The notes: generated by a model from the letters alone, not told the origin. Positions 23,372 through 33,892 are shown, numbered from the stretch's first letter. The stretch: 44,837 nt of DNA from a virus (IMGVR_UViG_3300025018_000230:1-44837), one strand, 5' to 3'. Made by a program: numbers and translations.

Positions 23372-23962
23372 ATGCCGATTGATATTCCTTTCAGAACCAC
23401 GGGCCGAGCCGCCAAGCCGCTGCATTTCGTTGAGGTGCGGGAGCTGGATGCTTGCGACATTTCGCTGCTAGGTGAAGAGAAGGGGAGCGTGGCTCCGCCG
23501 CTCAAGCGCCTTGGCGACCGGCATCACGCACTGGCCCGCTGCCTCGCCTCCGGCATGTCAGACGCTGATAGCGCGCTAGCCTGCGGTTACGTTGGCTCTC
23601 GCGTGAGCATTCTGAAGTCCGATCCCGCGTTCAAGGAACTCCTCGAATTCTACCGCGAGGATACTGACCGCCAATACCGCGACATGCATGAGCGGCTGGC
23701 TGGCCTGTCCCGCGATGCAGCAGACGAGCTGCACGGACGCCTCGAAGACGACATGCAAGCGGAGGAGAAAAAGATCTCCATCGGGCAACTGCTAGAAATT
23801 GCGAAGATGGGAGCGGATCGAACAGGCCACGGCCCGCAGTCCAGTCAAAATGTAAACGTAAATGTCGGCATCGCCTCCCGACTCGAACAGGCCCGCAGGC
23901 GTGTGCAGGACCGCCAGGCCGCCCCCGCGTTGATCGAAGGCACTTCTCGCGATGTCGGATGA
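23372..23962 (+). CDS. terS: Putative terminase small subunit
   Basis: HTH-like N-terminus; directly upstream of and overlapping terL. Confidence 0.65.
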   Translation: MPIDIPFRTTGRAAKPLHFVEVRELDACDISLLGEEKGSVAPPLKRLGDRHHALARCLASGMSDADSALACGYVGSRVSILKSDPAFKELLEFYREDTDRQYRDMHERLAGLSRDAADELHGRLEDDMQAEEKKISIGQLLEIAKMGADRTGHGPQSSQNVNVNVGIASRLEQARRRVQDRQAAPALIEGTSRDVG

Positions 23963-25463
23963 ACTGCCCCTGATTGAAGAACTCGCGCAGTTCAGCAGCG
24001 ATCCCTACGGACTGGTTCTCTTCGCCTTCCCTTGGGGCGAAGCTGACACGGAATTGGAAGAACACGAAGGCCCGCTGGACTGGCAGGTGCAGGTGCTCAA
24101 GGACCTCGGCGACGGCCTGATAACGCTCGACGAGGCCATCCTCATCGCCCGCACCTCCGGCCATGGCATCGGCAAATCAGCCCTCGTGGCCTGGATAATC
24201 CTATGGGCCATCAGCACCTACGAGGATACCAAGGGCGTTGTGACCGCGAACACCGAGAACCAGCTCAAGACGAAAACCTGGGCCGAGGTTGCCAAATGGT
24301 ATCGCCTGTTTATCGCCCGCGAATATTTCAAGCTAACCGCAACCGCGTTATTCTCCGTTGATCCCGATCACGAAAAGACTTGGCGCATCGACATGGTGCC
24401 GTGGAGCGAGAAGAACACAGAAGCTTTCGCGGGTCTGCATAACCAGGGCAAGCGGATCATCGTGATTTTCGACGAAGGCTCCGCCATCCCGGATGCTATT
24501 TGGGAGGTTACGGAAGGTGCGCTGACCGACAGGTCCACGCAAATCATCTGGGCTGTATTCGGCAACCCAACGCGGAACACTGGCCGCTTCCGCGATTGCT
24601 TTCAAGGCGGGCGCTTCGAACACCGCTGGCAGGCTGCTGCTATTGACAGTCGGACTGTCCCTATCAGCAACAAGAAGCAGCTCCAGCGTTGGGTCGATGA
24701 CTACGGCGAGGATAGTGATTTCGTTCGCATACGTGTGCGCGGCATCTTCCCTCGCATTGATGCGGAAAGCTTCATTTCCTTCTCCCTGGCCAATGACGCG
24801 GTGGAACGCGAAGTGCTCCCACAGGGCGGAGGCGTCATCCTGGGCGTGGACGTTGGCCGCTTTGGCGATGACCCCTCAGTCATCTACCCTCGGCAGGGCC
24901 GGGATGCGGTAACCCGCCCTCCGGAGATATTTTACGGCATTGATCTTATGACGTTGGCAGGGCGGGTCGCAGCTGCCTTCCTTCGTCATGGGGCCACCAT
25001 CTGCATGGTGGACGAAGGGGGTGTCGGAGGTGGCGTGGTGGACCGCCTCCGGCAGCTTCGTATCCCTGTAGTCGGCGTGGACTTCGGCAGCAAGCCGGAT
25101 TATTTCTATGGCGAGAAGTCTCGCTATGCGAATAAGCGGGCGGAAATCTGGGGCGAAATGCGCGAGTGGCTCAGCTACGGCTCGATTCCCCACATGAGTA
25201 CTGGCGATGACATAACGCTAGTCGAGGAACTGGCCGCGCCAACCTACGGCCTGAACGTGAAAGAGGCCATCCAGCTCGAAAGCAAAAAGGAAATGCGCCG
25301 TAGGGGCGTCCCCTCCCCGAACGTCGCAGATGCCCTAGCTTGCACCTTCGCCTTCCCCTCCTACGAACTACAATACGACACAGTCTCGGACATGGTGGAA
25401 GCACAGAAACCCGTTGTCGCTGACGACTACAATCCCTTTGCCCGCGAAAGCATGTTACACTAA
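23952..25463 (+). CDS. terL: Terminase large subunit
   Basis: SGHGIGKS Walker A, IFDEGS Walker B, GNPT coupling motif, GVDVGRFGDD nuclease motif, SPNVADAL. Confidence 0.95.
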   Translation: MSDELPLIEELAQFSSDPYGLVLFAFPWGEADTELEEHEGPLDWQVQVLKDLGDGLITLDEAILIARTSGHGIGKSALVAWIILWAISTYEDTKGVVTANTENQLKTKTWAEVAKWYRLFIAREYFKLTATALFSVDPDHEKTWRIDMVPWSEKNTEAFAGLHNQGKRIIVIFDEGSAIPDAIWEVTEGALTDRSTQIIWAVFGNPTRNTGRFRDCFQGGRFEHRWQAAAIDSRTVPISNKKQLQRWVDDYGEDSDFVRIRVRGIFPRIDAESFISFSLANDAVEREVLPQGGGVILGVDVGRFGDDPSVIYPRQGRDAVTRPPEIFYGIDLMTLAGRVAAAFLRHGATICMVDEGGVGGGVVDRLRQLRIPVVGVDFGSKPDYFYGEKSRYANKRAEIWGEMREWLSYGSIPHMSTGDDITLVEELAAPTYGLNVKEAIQLESKKEMRRRGVPSPNVADALACTFAFPSYELQYDTVSDMVEAQKPVVADDYNPFARESMLH

Positions 25464-25473
25464 GGAACACGTG

Positions 25474-25677
25474 ATGTCGTTTATGAAAAAAGTAGCTGGC
25501 GCAGGTGGCTTTGGATTGGCGGGTCTCGCGGCGACAAAAAAGATTAATCCGCTTGCGATGGTATCACCCGCCGCTTCGCTCATCAAAGGCTCGAAGAAGA
25601 AAGATGAAGAACCCGTTTCGCCCCTGGTCGGGGGCAGGACGCCAACACCAGTCCGGCCTCGCGGACAAATTTACTAG
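25474..25677 (+). CDS. Small virion-associated hypothetical protein
   Basis: 67 aa, AAGGA SD, between terL and portal. Confidence 0.6.
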   Translation: MSFMKKVAGAGGFGLAGLAATKKINPLAMVSPAASLIKGSKKKDEEPVSPLVGGRTPTPVRPRGQIY

Positions 25678-25687
25678 GAGAACTCAC

Positions 25688-25876
25688 ATGGGATTTCTAA
25701 AACCAAAAGTGCCAAAGACACCACCTCCGCCAAATCCGGCAATCAGTCCGATTGATGCTGCGGCTTCCGAGGACATAACCGGCCTGGCCGACCAGCCCGG
25801 CTCCCTCATCAACACGAGCGCGCAGGGCCTGAAGCGCAAACCAGAGACGCAGCGCGTCAGTTTGATCGGCGGGTAG
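25688..25876 (+). CDS. Small Pro-rich protein preceding portal (T7 gp7.3-like position)
   Basis: MGFLKPKVPKTPPPP...SLIGG with AGGAG SD. Confidence 0.7.
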   Translation: MGFLKPKVPKTPPPPNPAISPIDAAASEDITGLADQPGSLINTSAQGLKRKPETQRVSLIGG

Positions 25877-27541
25877 ATGGACATTGAAACGAAAGAGGCT
25901 CAGCGCCTGCAGGAAGTAATTGCGGAACTCCGCCTTGCGCGGACGCCCTTCTGGCATCTCTGGCGTGAAATTGCCGACTACTTCCTCCCCAAGCGTTACG
26001 TATGGCTGGAGTCGGGGGATGAGAACCGGCGCACACAGAACGCGAAGAACCCGCATATCCTCGACAGCACCGGCACGCTCGCCGTTCGCACCTTGGCCTC
26101 CGGCATGATGAACGCCATCACCAGCCCGTCTCGCCCTTGGTTCAAGCTGAAGATCACCGGCTACGCGCAGGTGTCGAATGAGGTGGCGCGCTGGCAGGAT
26201 GAAGTCGGTAGACGAATGCTGGCCGTAATGGCGGAAAGCAATTTCTACAGCAGCATGGCCACACTCTACCTCGACCTGTCAACATTCGGCAGCGCGGCAT
26301 CGCTGATCTATGAGGACGACGAGAACGTAATCCACTGCTACAACCCCGCTCTCGGCGAATACTACTTCGGCCAGGGCCATCGGCTGACGGTCGATACCTT
26401 TGCCCGCGAAATTCAGCTATCTGCAAAGCAGCTAGTGCAACGCTTCGGTGCGGACAACTGCACGGAAATCGTAGCAAACGCAGCGAAAGAGGGCGGTGCT
26501 AACGCCCTCAAGCTCCACAAGGTCACGCACCTGATCGAACCTAACCTGACGAAAAGCAGCGTGGCTTCCAACTTCCGCTACCGGGAAACCTATTGGGAGT
26601 CTGCGGCGATCGCAAAGGGCAAGGCCCTAACGCAGCGCGGCTTCAATGAACTGCCGGGCATTTTCCCCCGGTGGGAAGTCACCGCCAATGACCCATACGG
26701 CACAGGCCCTGCGATGGATGCGCTGGCCGATGTCATCCAGCTACAGCAAGAAACCAAGCGCAAAGCCCAGGGCATTGACAAGGTAGTCAACCCTCCTATC
26801 GTCGCGGATGTGCAATTGCAGCACCGACCAATGGCGCTCCTGCCAAACGGGATTACCTACGTCAGCGGACAGAACAACGTCGGAGCCAAACCGCTGTACC
26901 AAATTCAACCGCCGCTCCAGGAAATGACTGCGGACATTCAGCAGGTACAAATTCGCATACGCGAGACACTGCACAACGATCTCTTCCGCATGATTTCGCA
27001 GCTTGACACTGTGCGCTCCGCTACAGAAATTGACGCTCGGCGCGAAGAGAAGCTTGTCCTTCTCGGCAGCGTGTTGGACCGTTTTGAAAAAGAGGCCCTA
27101 TCGCCTGCGATCAATCGAGTGTTCAGTATCATGGAACGGCGCGGGCTACTACCAGAACCGCCCGCGGAATTGGAGGACGGAGTGCCAATTGATATTGAAT
27201 ATGTTTCCATCCTGTCCACCGCGCAACGTGCGGTAAGCGCTGCACCTACCGAACGCTGGCTCCAGCTAATTGGCAACATCGCCGCCGTGGCGCCGCAGGT
27301 CACTCGCGTCCCTGATTGGGAAGAACTTGTCCGCAACTATGGCGAAGCCATTGGCGTGGAAGCTCGGGATATTAAATCGCGGGAGCAACTGGTTGCGGAA
27401 GCGGAAGCCGAGCAGGAAGCGCAAGCTGCGCAGCAAGCCATGGAAGCCGGGGCAGTGGCGGTTGATGCTGCACAGCAACTGTCGGCCACGGACGTTGGCG
27501 GCGGCTCCAACGCTCTGCAAGAACTGCTCGCAGCGAGTTAA
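25877..27541 (+). CDS. Portal (head-tail connector), T7 gp8/BPP-1 Bbp21-like
   Basis: DSTG..A.RTLASGM...TSPSRPWF, RW....D.YG.GP and SATEI..R.EEK motifs. Confidence 0.92.
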   Translation: MDIETKEAQRLQEVIAELRLARTPFWHLWREIADYFLPKRYVWLESGDENRRTQNAKNPHILDSTGTLAVRTLASGMMNAITSPSRPWFKLKITGYAQVSNEVARWQDEVGRRMLAVMAESNFYSSMATLYLDLSTFGSAASLIYEDDENVIHCYNPALGEYYFGQGHRLTVDTFAREIQLSAKQLVQRFGADNCTEIVANAAKEGGANALKLHKVTHLIEPNLTKSSVASNFRYRETYWESAAIAKGKALTQRGFNELPGIFPRWEVTANDPYGTGPAMDALADVIQLQQETKRKAQGIDKVVNPPIVADVQLQHRPMALLPNGITYVSGQNNVGAKPLYQIQPPLQEMTADIQQVQIRIRETLHNDLFRMISQLDTVRSATEIDARREEKLVLLGSVLDRFEKEALSPAINRVFSIMERRGLLPEPPAELEDGVPIDIEYVSILSTAQRAVSAAPTERWLQLIGNIAAVAPQVTRVPDWEELVRNYGEAIGVEARDIKSREQLVAEAEAEQEAQAAQQAMEAGAVAVDAAQQLSATDVGGGSNALQELLAAS

Positions 27542-27576
27542 ACATATGGCTCTTTACAATACCAACGGGATATGAT

Positions 27577-27936
27577 ATGTCGGATGAGAACAAACTAAAA
27601 CGGCGATGGGAAAGAGAAGATGATGCTGCAATCGAGGAAGCCATTACCGCGCTGCAAAAGCACCGGCAGGGCCGTAAGTTCCTCTGGTGGCTGCTTGAAG
27701 TCGGAGGGGTGAATACGCAGCCATTCGCGCATAATGCGCTGCAAACATCATTCAATTGTGGGGTGATGAATGTCGGCAATATAATTTTAGAGGCCGTAAC
27801 CAGGGCATCGCCTGAAGGTTACATAACGATGATGAAGGAAAATGCAGATGAGCGACGCACCAGAGACGACAAACTCGCAGGAGCAAGAGACGCAGAACGC
27901 GGAGGAGTCTACCGAGACTACGGAAACGAAAGCTGA
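27577..27936 (+). CDS. Bbp19-like head-associated protein
   Basis: GRKFLWWLLE..G...F...FN.G...VG motif; follows portal. Confidence 0.7.
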   Translation: MSDENKLKRRWEREDDAAIEEAITALQKHRQGRKFLWWLLEVGGVNTQPFAHNALQTSFNCGVMNVGNIILEAVTRASPEGYITMMKENADERRTRDDKLAGARDAERGGVYRDYGNES

Positions 27937-28486
27937 AGAAGCTGTCGCTTCCGAGAGCTTAATCTCCGGTGAGCCGAAGGCGGAAGAGGCGGAAGCCGAA
28001 ACGCCCGAAGCGGAGGTCACGCCCCTGGGCGCTGACGATATCACATTTCCCGAGGGACTCGAAGTCCCTGATGAAATTCGAGACGATTTTCTGTCCGTCC
28101 TTAACGACCCAGAAATAACTCCGAAAGACCGGGCGCAAGCCTTGGTTGATCTGCAAGCGAAGGTAGCAGGACAGGCGTCGGAAGCGGCAAGCCAGCAGTT
28201 CCAAGACCAGCAGCGGCAGTGGCAGGATGAGGTGAAGAATGATCCAGAAATTGGGGGCGCTAATTTTCAAGAGAACCTCCAACGCATTCAGCGCCTTGTC
28301 GACCAGTTTGGCAATGATGAGTTCGCGGGCGTGATGGCTGCAACGGGGGCTGGCAACAACATTCACGTTGTCAAGTTTTTCCACGCGGTGGCCGAAAAGC
28401 TTGTGGAAGGGGGACCAGTTTCCGGTGCTCCAGCGAACTCTGAAAGCTCAGCTGCTTCTCGTATGTTTCCGAGTATGAAAGGATAA
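27848..28486 (+). CDS. Capsid scaffolding/assembly protein
   Basis: Acidic low-complexity N-terminus, W....K.DPEIGG and G.GN motifs, terminal MFPSM; directly before the capsid gene. Confidence 0.8.
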   Translation: MSDAPETTNSQEQETQNAEESTETTETKAEEAVASESLISGEPKAEEAEAETPEAEVTPLGADDITFPEGLEVPDEIRDDFLSVLNDPEITPKDRAQALVDLQAKVAGQASEAASQQFQDQQRQWQDEVKNDPEIGGANFQENLQRIQRLVDQFGNDEFAGVMAATGAGNNIHVVKFFHAVAEKLVEGGPVSGAPANSESSAASRMFPSMKG

Positions 28487-28490
28487 GTAA

Positions 28491-29492
28491 ATGGCAGGAC
28501 TATCTGCATCCAATCCGACGCTTCTCGATCTGGCTAAACGGAGCAATCCCGATGGCAGTATCGCAGACATCGTTGAGATTTTGAATGAAACCAACGAAAT
28601 CCTCCTGGACATGACGTTCCAAGAGGGCAACCTGACTACCGGCAATCGCACGACAGTGCGGACCGGTATTCCTGAACCGACCTGGCGTAAGCTGTATGGC
28701 GGCGTTCAGCCTACCAAATCGACGACCGCACAGGTCACCGATAATTGCGGTATGCTGGAAGCTTATGCGGAAGTTGACAAGGCCTTGGCCGACCTCAATG
28801 GAAATACTGCGGCGTTCCGGTTGTCGGAAGATCTCCCGCACATTGAAGGTATGAACCAGTCGATGAGCGAAACGATCTTCTACGGCGATGAAACGATCTA
28901 TCCTGAGCGTTTCACAGGACTGTCGCCGCGCTACAGTGCGCGTAGTGGTCATGCAGCTGCGGAGAATGTTATCCACGGCGGCGGGGCTGGTGCGGATAAC
29001 GCATCGATCTGGCTCGGCGTGTGGGGCCCAAACACGGGCTTCGGCATCGTGCCAAAAGGCAGCACGGCTGGTCTTCAGATGTCCGATAAGGGCCAGGTGA
29101 CTATCGAAGACGTCGATGGTAACGGCGGACGCATGGAAGCGTATCGGTCGCACTATCGCTGGGACGGTGGCTTGACCATTCGTGACTGGCGGTATTTCGT
29201 CCGCATCTGCAACATTGATCGGTCGGAGCTGAACGCTGCCATTACCGGCAGTAGCGCAAACCTGCCGTCGTTGATGTTCGATGCAATCGAGCGGCTGCCG
29301 AACATGAGCATGGGTCGCCCTGTGTTCTACATGGATCGCGGCATTAAGTCGATGTTTCGGAAGCAGCTTTCTACGCTGAAGGACAACGTGACCGTCGAAG
29401 AAGTTGCTGGTGTTCGCACTGACGTATGGCAGAGCATCCCGCTTCGTCGCGTCGATGCACTCTCCGCCAACGAAGCCCTGGTTCCAGCATAA
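28491..29492 (+). CDS. Major capsid protein (BPP-1 Bbp17-like)
   Basis: PTLLD.A.R...I.E.L..TNEIL.D, R.G.P..TWR.LY.GV, RDWRY.VRI.NID. Confidence 0.92.
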   Translation: MAGLSASNPTLLDLAKRSNPDGSIADIVEILNETNEILLDMTFQEGNLTTGNRTTVRTGIPEPTWRKLYGGVQPTKSTTAQVTDNCGMLEAYAEVDKALADLNGNTAAFRLSEDLPHIEGMNQSMSETIFYGDETIYPERFTGLSPRYSARSGHAAAENVIHGGGAGADNASIWLGVWGPNTGFGIVPKGSTAGLQMSDKGQVTIEDVDGNGGRMEAYRSHYRWDGGLTIRDWRYFVRICNIDRSELNAAITGSSANLPSLMFDAIERLPNMSMGRPVFYMDRGIKSMFRKQLSTLKDNVTVEEVAGVRTDVWQSIPLRRVDALSANEALVPA

Positions 29493-29503
29493 GGATATAT
29501 GAC

Positions 29504-29971
29504 ATGATTATGGATGAAAGAACTGAATTTGCTGATGCCGCTTCGGTAGCAGCAGCTGCAGGCACGGCGCTGATTGGGGATCAAATCCCGCTCAGCATTG
29601 CGCGTGATGTCGGGAATGGCCAGCCGGTCTATCTCGTTCTCACCTGTTCGACGAGTATCATCACAGGCGGTGTAGCCGGAACCATCAAGTTCCAACTCGT
29701 CTCTGATGCTACGGCAGCAATTGCCGTGGATGGCAGCGCAACTGTGCATTACGATACGGGGACTTTTGTCACCGATGACGATGCACTGAACGACTTGGAT
29801 GCTGGCGATGTTATCGCTTGCGTGGCTTTGCCTCTCGAAGGCAATGCTTACGAGGAATACCTCGGCATCCTGGCGATTGTAGGCACGACTACCGTGACTG
29901 CAGGCGCTATCAACGCCTTTCTTACCCTTGATCCAAAGGGCTGGAAAGCATATGCTGAAGGAGCGAACTGA
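29504..29971 (+). CDS. Capsid cement/decoration protein (Bbp16-like)
   Basis: MI.D...F, D.G.G, YL......T.G.I.AFL pattern; follows the major capsid gene. Confidence 0.75.
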   Translation: MIMDERTEFADAASVAAAAGTALIGDQIPLSIARDVGNGQPVYLVLTCSTSIITGGVAGTIKFQLVSDATAAIAVDGSATVHYDTGTFVTDDDALNDLDAGDVIACVALPLEGNAYEEYLGILAIVGTTTVTAGAINAFLTLDPKGWKAYAEGAN

Positions 29972-30132
29972 TGAAAATTAAACTTTTCAAAGAGTTTTTC
30001 GCTCCCGATAACCGGCTGATGAAGCCGGGAGTGCATGAAGTGCCGGACGACTGGGATTTGCCTAAGAGCACCGTAGTGCTGGAAGAAGAACTAGAAGAAA
30101 AGCCAGCGGCGAAGAAATCGTCCGCTAAATAG
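29971..30132 (+). CDS. 53-aa virion-associated protein (not in track)
   Basis: MKIKLFKEFFAP...; TGATG coupling and AGGAG SD. Confidence 0.65.
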   Translation: MKIKLFKEFFAPDNRLMKPGVHEVPDDWDLPKSTVVLEEELEEKPAAKKSSAK

Positions 30133-30143
30133 GAGCTTGGTCG

Positions 30144-30806
30144 GTGAAGATAAATTCAGATGTTGGCGTTTTTAACCTTGCGTTGAACGCTGTTGGTGAG
30201 AAAGCCAACGTATCTTCACCGACCGAGAACACGCGTCGGGCTGAGGAGTGTCGCTTGTGGTATGAACTCGTAAGAGATCAGGTCATTGAAGCGGCCCCTT
30301 GGTCCGAAGCTACTCGGCATGGGCGGCTTGCACTATCCTCTGAACAGACGGATGATACTTGGGCTGTTGGCGACCCTTCGCCGGGTTATAGCCACGCCTT
30401 CGCCCTTCCCGCGGATTGCCTTCGCCCGCAGTATTTGAAAGATTTTAAACCGTTTGAACTGACCACGGAAAGCGGCGTCAAGCTGCTGCACTGCAACACG
30501 GAACTCCCGGTGCTGCGTTATACCGCCGCGCAGAAAGATGTTGCGCTTTGGTCGAATAACCTGCTCATGGCAATTGTCTACGGTCTCGCAGGGCATATTG
30601 CACAACCGCTCAGTGGGAAGCGAACTTTAACCAATGCGCTCATAGGTCGCGCCAATGATATGATCCTTGCGGCGCGGGTGAACAGCGCCAACCAACCGCA
30701 ACAAACCTACGACGCACTACCGGATTGGATAGCTGCTCGGGGCTACCGGAACACCATCCAGCAGCAATTCTTTTATCCAATGGGCAGTTTGCTTCATGTC
30801 AGTTGA
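30144..30806 (+). CDS. Tail tubular protein A / adaptor (T7 gp11-like)
   Basis: NLAL..VG...C..WY...RD......W..A and LPADCLR motifs. Confidence 0.8.
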   Translation: MKINSDVGVFNLALNAVGEKANVSSPTENTRRAEECRLWYELVRDQVIEAAPWSEATRHGRLALSSEQTDDTWAVGDPSPGYSHAFALPADCLRPQYLKDFKPFELTTESGVKLLHCNTELPVLRYTAAQKDVALWSNNLLMAIVYGLAGHIAQPLSGKRTLTNALIGRANDMILAARVNSANQPQQTYDALPDWIAARGYRNTIQQQFFYPMGSLLHVS

Positions 30807-33531
30807 TGTTGTAAAATACGCGTTCATCGCAGGGGAAATTTCCCCTACACTCTTTGGCCGGACTGATCTGACCAAGTTTGACTTGGGTATGGCTGAGGCC
30901 TCCAACTTTTTTGTGGACTATCGAGGCGGGCTTAGCTCCCGCCCAGGCACACAGTTCTTCGAATTCGTGAAAGAGGATGATAAGGAGACTCGCTATTTCC
31001 CCTTTACTTTCTCCGCTGATGAAGAGGACACGCATATCGTCCTCTTTGGCCATAATTATGTGCGTTTCTTGCAGGGTGGAAATTATATCCTCGAAGCGGC
31101 AGTTGCCTGCACGACTTCCGGCGGCACGGTAACGGCTGCGGGGCATAGGCTAACCACAGGGCGTTGGATAAAAGCAAATGGCGTTAGCTACCGCGTGGCA
31201 GATGTCACCACGAATACCTTCAATATTTACACTATTCCAGGTGGCGTGGTTGCTTCGTCCGTTAGCTTTACTTCGTATCAAGCAGTTTATGAGCTAATTT
31301 CACCTTATGATGCCGAGGATTTATACGATCTGAACTTCGAGCACTATCGTGATGTAGTCAAAATTACTGGCGTGAATTTCCCTCCGTATGATTTGACGCG
31401 CTTGGCTGAAGCCAGCTGGACTCTTGCGGAAGCTGTCATAAGCAATTATGAAATAGGGCCAAACATAACCGGCAGCTCTACTAGCGCCGCAGGAAGCGCG
31501 GAAGTGATCTTCGCCATTACCTCCATCTTCGAGGACGGCAGCGAAAGCATTATCGGTAATCCTTTCCGGCTTTCCTCAGTCGTAAACTACGCAGCTACGG
31601 AAGGTTCCGTTAGCGTGCTGTGGGCAATGGATGCTGACGCCGTAGCTTATAACGTGTATCGTTCTGTTGTCAGTGTGTCAGAAGTGTTGTCGCTCGGCAG
31701 CGAATTGGGCTACGTAGGTAAAACGCAGGGAACCAAGTTCACTGATCCTAATATAGTGCCGGACTTTGGTAAGACACCTCCGATAAATTACAATCCTTTC
31801 ACGCCCGGAGCAATAACCTCTATCCGCGTTACAGGCGGAGGGACCAGCTACACCAGCGCTCCTACTGTCGTAATGGCTGGTGGCGGCAGCGGCTTTGCGG
31901 GTCGTGCGATTATCGACGACAGCGGTAAGGTTGTCAATGTCATTATTCAGAATGGCGGGACTGGTTACACCAGCCCGACTGTTACATTCACTGGTGGAGG
32001 CGGAACAGGCGCTACCGCTACGGCAACAGCCCGCGCTCTCACCGGCATTTATCCGAATGTTAGTCTCATATTCCAGCAGCGCCAACTCTATGCCAGCTCG
32101 CTGGAGGACCCGATTACCATTTGGGGGAGCCAAATTCGCCGGTTCAGCAATTTCAATTCTTCGGAAATTGTAGTCGGCACAGATGCGTTTCAGTTCACGC
32201 TGGACAGTTCTGGTGTTTCGCCTATCCGACATCTGGCCGCTATGCGCGGTGGTGTGCTCGCCATGACCGCCGATAACATTTGGCTGCTGAATGGCGGGTC
32301 CGAGGGCCGTGCTATTACCGCAACCAATGCACTGGCTGAAACACAGACCTATACGGGCGTCAGTAGCTTGCGCCCTATCCGGGTTGGCCCCTCGCTCCTC
32401 TACACCGAGGGCAAAGGATACGCGGTCCGCGAATTACTCTACAATGAGTTTTCCCGCGTCTACAGCGGGCAAGATCGTAGCATCCTGTCCAGCCACCTGT
32501 TCGGGCCGGGGAAGGCCGTCAAGGCTTGGGCCTTTCAGGAGTCGCCTTACAAGGTAGTCTGGTGCGTACGTGAGGACGGAAAGCTTCTAGCCTTTACTAC
32601 CGTGGCCGAGGAAGATGTGTTCGCTTGGACACCCTGCGAAACTCGCGGGCGATATACGGACGTAGTGATTACTCGCGAGGGAGCGGAAGATCGGGTTTAC
32701 CTTATGGTGGAACGGTTCATTAACGATCGCTGGACCAAATTTATCGAGCGGATGGACCTCCGCCAGTTCATCAATACCGAAGATGCTTGGTGCGTGGATT
32801 GCGGGTTGGAGTATCCACTACAATATCCAGCTGGAACAGTAACCGTATATAGCGGAGATTACGCAACCATTACTGGCGGCACCTTTCTTGGTAGCGGGGG
32901 TATGACCCTTCGCGCTGGCAATGGCGTTTGGCGGGTGACGGAAGCTACCGCCGATCGTGCTGAACTACTCCGCATTATTGAACCAAACACCTGGGTGCCG
33001 GAAACAGATGACGCCTACACCTTCCCATTTCTTACAGGCACGTGGTCCCTAACTACTCCGGTATCGACTATAAGCGGTCTTGACCATCTTGAGGGCGAAG
33101 CTGTTGCAATTCTTGCAGACGGTAATGTTGTGCCAAATCAAACGGTGACTGACGGTATGGTCACACTGGAAGCACCTGCGACAAAGATTATCATCGGCCT
33201 GTCTTATACCTGCAAGGGAAAAACACTGCCGCTCATTGTGCCCGGAGAAAACATCGAGGGTAAGCGGAAACGTATTGTCGCAGTCTCCATGCGGTTGAAT
33301 AACAGCAGGGCGCTGAAGGTCGGAGATGACTACGACAGCGTATATGAATTTCCTGCGCGGTCTGATGAAGCTTGGGGTAATCCGGTGCGGCCACTGACGG
33401 GCTTGACGGAGACGCCTGTTGGCACTACTTGGGATGAAGAAGCCTTCACCTATTTCCTGCTAACCGACCCGCTGCCAGCAACGCTACTCAGCATGGTTCA
33501 AACGATGGAGCTTGGCGATGAGTCCGATTAG
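30796..33531 (+). CDS. Tail tubular protein B / nozzle (T7 gp12-like)
   Basis: F.AGEISP.L.GR.DL..., N......GG...RPGT, P....FQQR, W.S...F.NF, GLDHLEG..V.ILADG. Confidence 0.9.
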   Translation: MSVDVVKYAFIAGEISPTLFGRTDLTKFDLGMAEASNFFVDYRGGLSSRPGTQFFEFVKEDDKETRYFPFTFSADEEDTHIVLFGHNYVRFLQGGNYILEAAVACTTSGGTVTAAGHRLTTGRWIKANGVSYRVADVTTNTFNIYTIPGGVVASSVSFTSYQAVYELISPYDAEDLYDLNFEHYRDVVKITGVNFPPYDLTRLAEASWTLAEAVISNYEIGPNITGSSTSAAGSAEVIFAITSIFEDGSESIIGNPFRLSSVVNYAATEGSVSVLWAMDADAVAYNVYRSVVSVSEVLSLGSELGYVGKTQGTKFTDPNIVPDFGKTPPINYNPFTPGAITSIRVTGGGTSYTSAPTVVMAGGGSGFAGRAIIDDSGKVVNVIIQNGGTGYTSPTVTFTGGGGTGATATATARALTGIYPNVSLIFQQRQLYASSLEDPITIWGSQIRRFSNFNSSEIVVGTDAFQFTLDSSGVSPIRHLAAMRGGVLAMTADNIWLLNGGSEGRAITATNALAETQTYTGVSSLRPIRVGPSLLYTEGKGYAVRELLYNEFSRVYSGQDRSILSSHLFGPGKAVKAWAFQESPYKVVWCVREDGKLLAFTTVAEEDVFAWTPCETRGRYTDVVITREGAEDRVYLMVERFINDRWTKFIERMDLRQFINTEDAWCVDCGLEYPLQYPAGTVTVYSGDYATITGGTFLGSGGMTLRAGNGVWRVTEATADRAELLRIIEPNTWVPETDDAYTFPFLTGTWSLTTPVSTISGLDHLEGEAVAILADGNVVPNQTVTDGMVTLEAPATKIIIGLSYTCKGKTLPLIVPGENIEGKRKRIVAVSMRLNNSRALKVGDDYDSVYEFPARSDEAWGNPVRPLTGLTETPVGTTWDEEAFTYFLLTDPLPATLLSMVQTMELGDESD

Positions 33532-33892
33532 CAAGTTACCATCTCTTGACTGGACCGAACGGGCGGAGAAGCAGATACTGCTGACCGGCGGTGATGAGCT
33601 TATCGCGGCCAGTCAAGTGGCTTATCGCCTCGGCAACGCGGGCGTCATAGGGCTGATATATACGTCATACTTTTCCCCGCCTTGGCTCTGGTTCGCGCTG
33701 GCCAAGACCACGCGCATACGCGATCTCATCGACTTCCGCAGAACGCAGGACCGTATACCTCGCGGAACCCTGACCGCAGTTGATGAGGATGACGCTACCG
33801 CGTATCGCTTCGCAACCTTCTACGGCTTCGAACAGACTGGTCAAACAGTTGACCACGAGGGTATTTTAATGCTTATCATGAGGAAAGCATAA
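33518..33892 (+). CDS. Putative acetyltransferase-like internal virion protein (T7 gp13 position)
   Basis: A.RF..FYGF GNAT-like C-terminal motif and synteny. Confidence 0.5.
   Translation: MSPISKLPSLDWTERAEKQILLTGGDELIAASQVAYRLGNAGVIGLIYTSYFSPPWLWFALAKTTRIRDLIDFRRTQDRIPRGTLTAVDEDDATAYRFATFYGFEQTGQTVDHEGILMLIMRKA

Noticed and set aside
29470-29510. T7-like capsid frameshift or readthrough into the next gene
   Set aside because: No slippery heptamer near the stop, and the downstream gene has its own SD and ATG.
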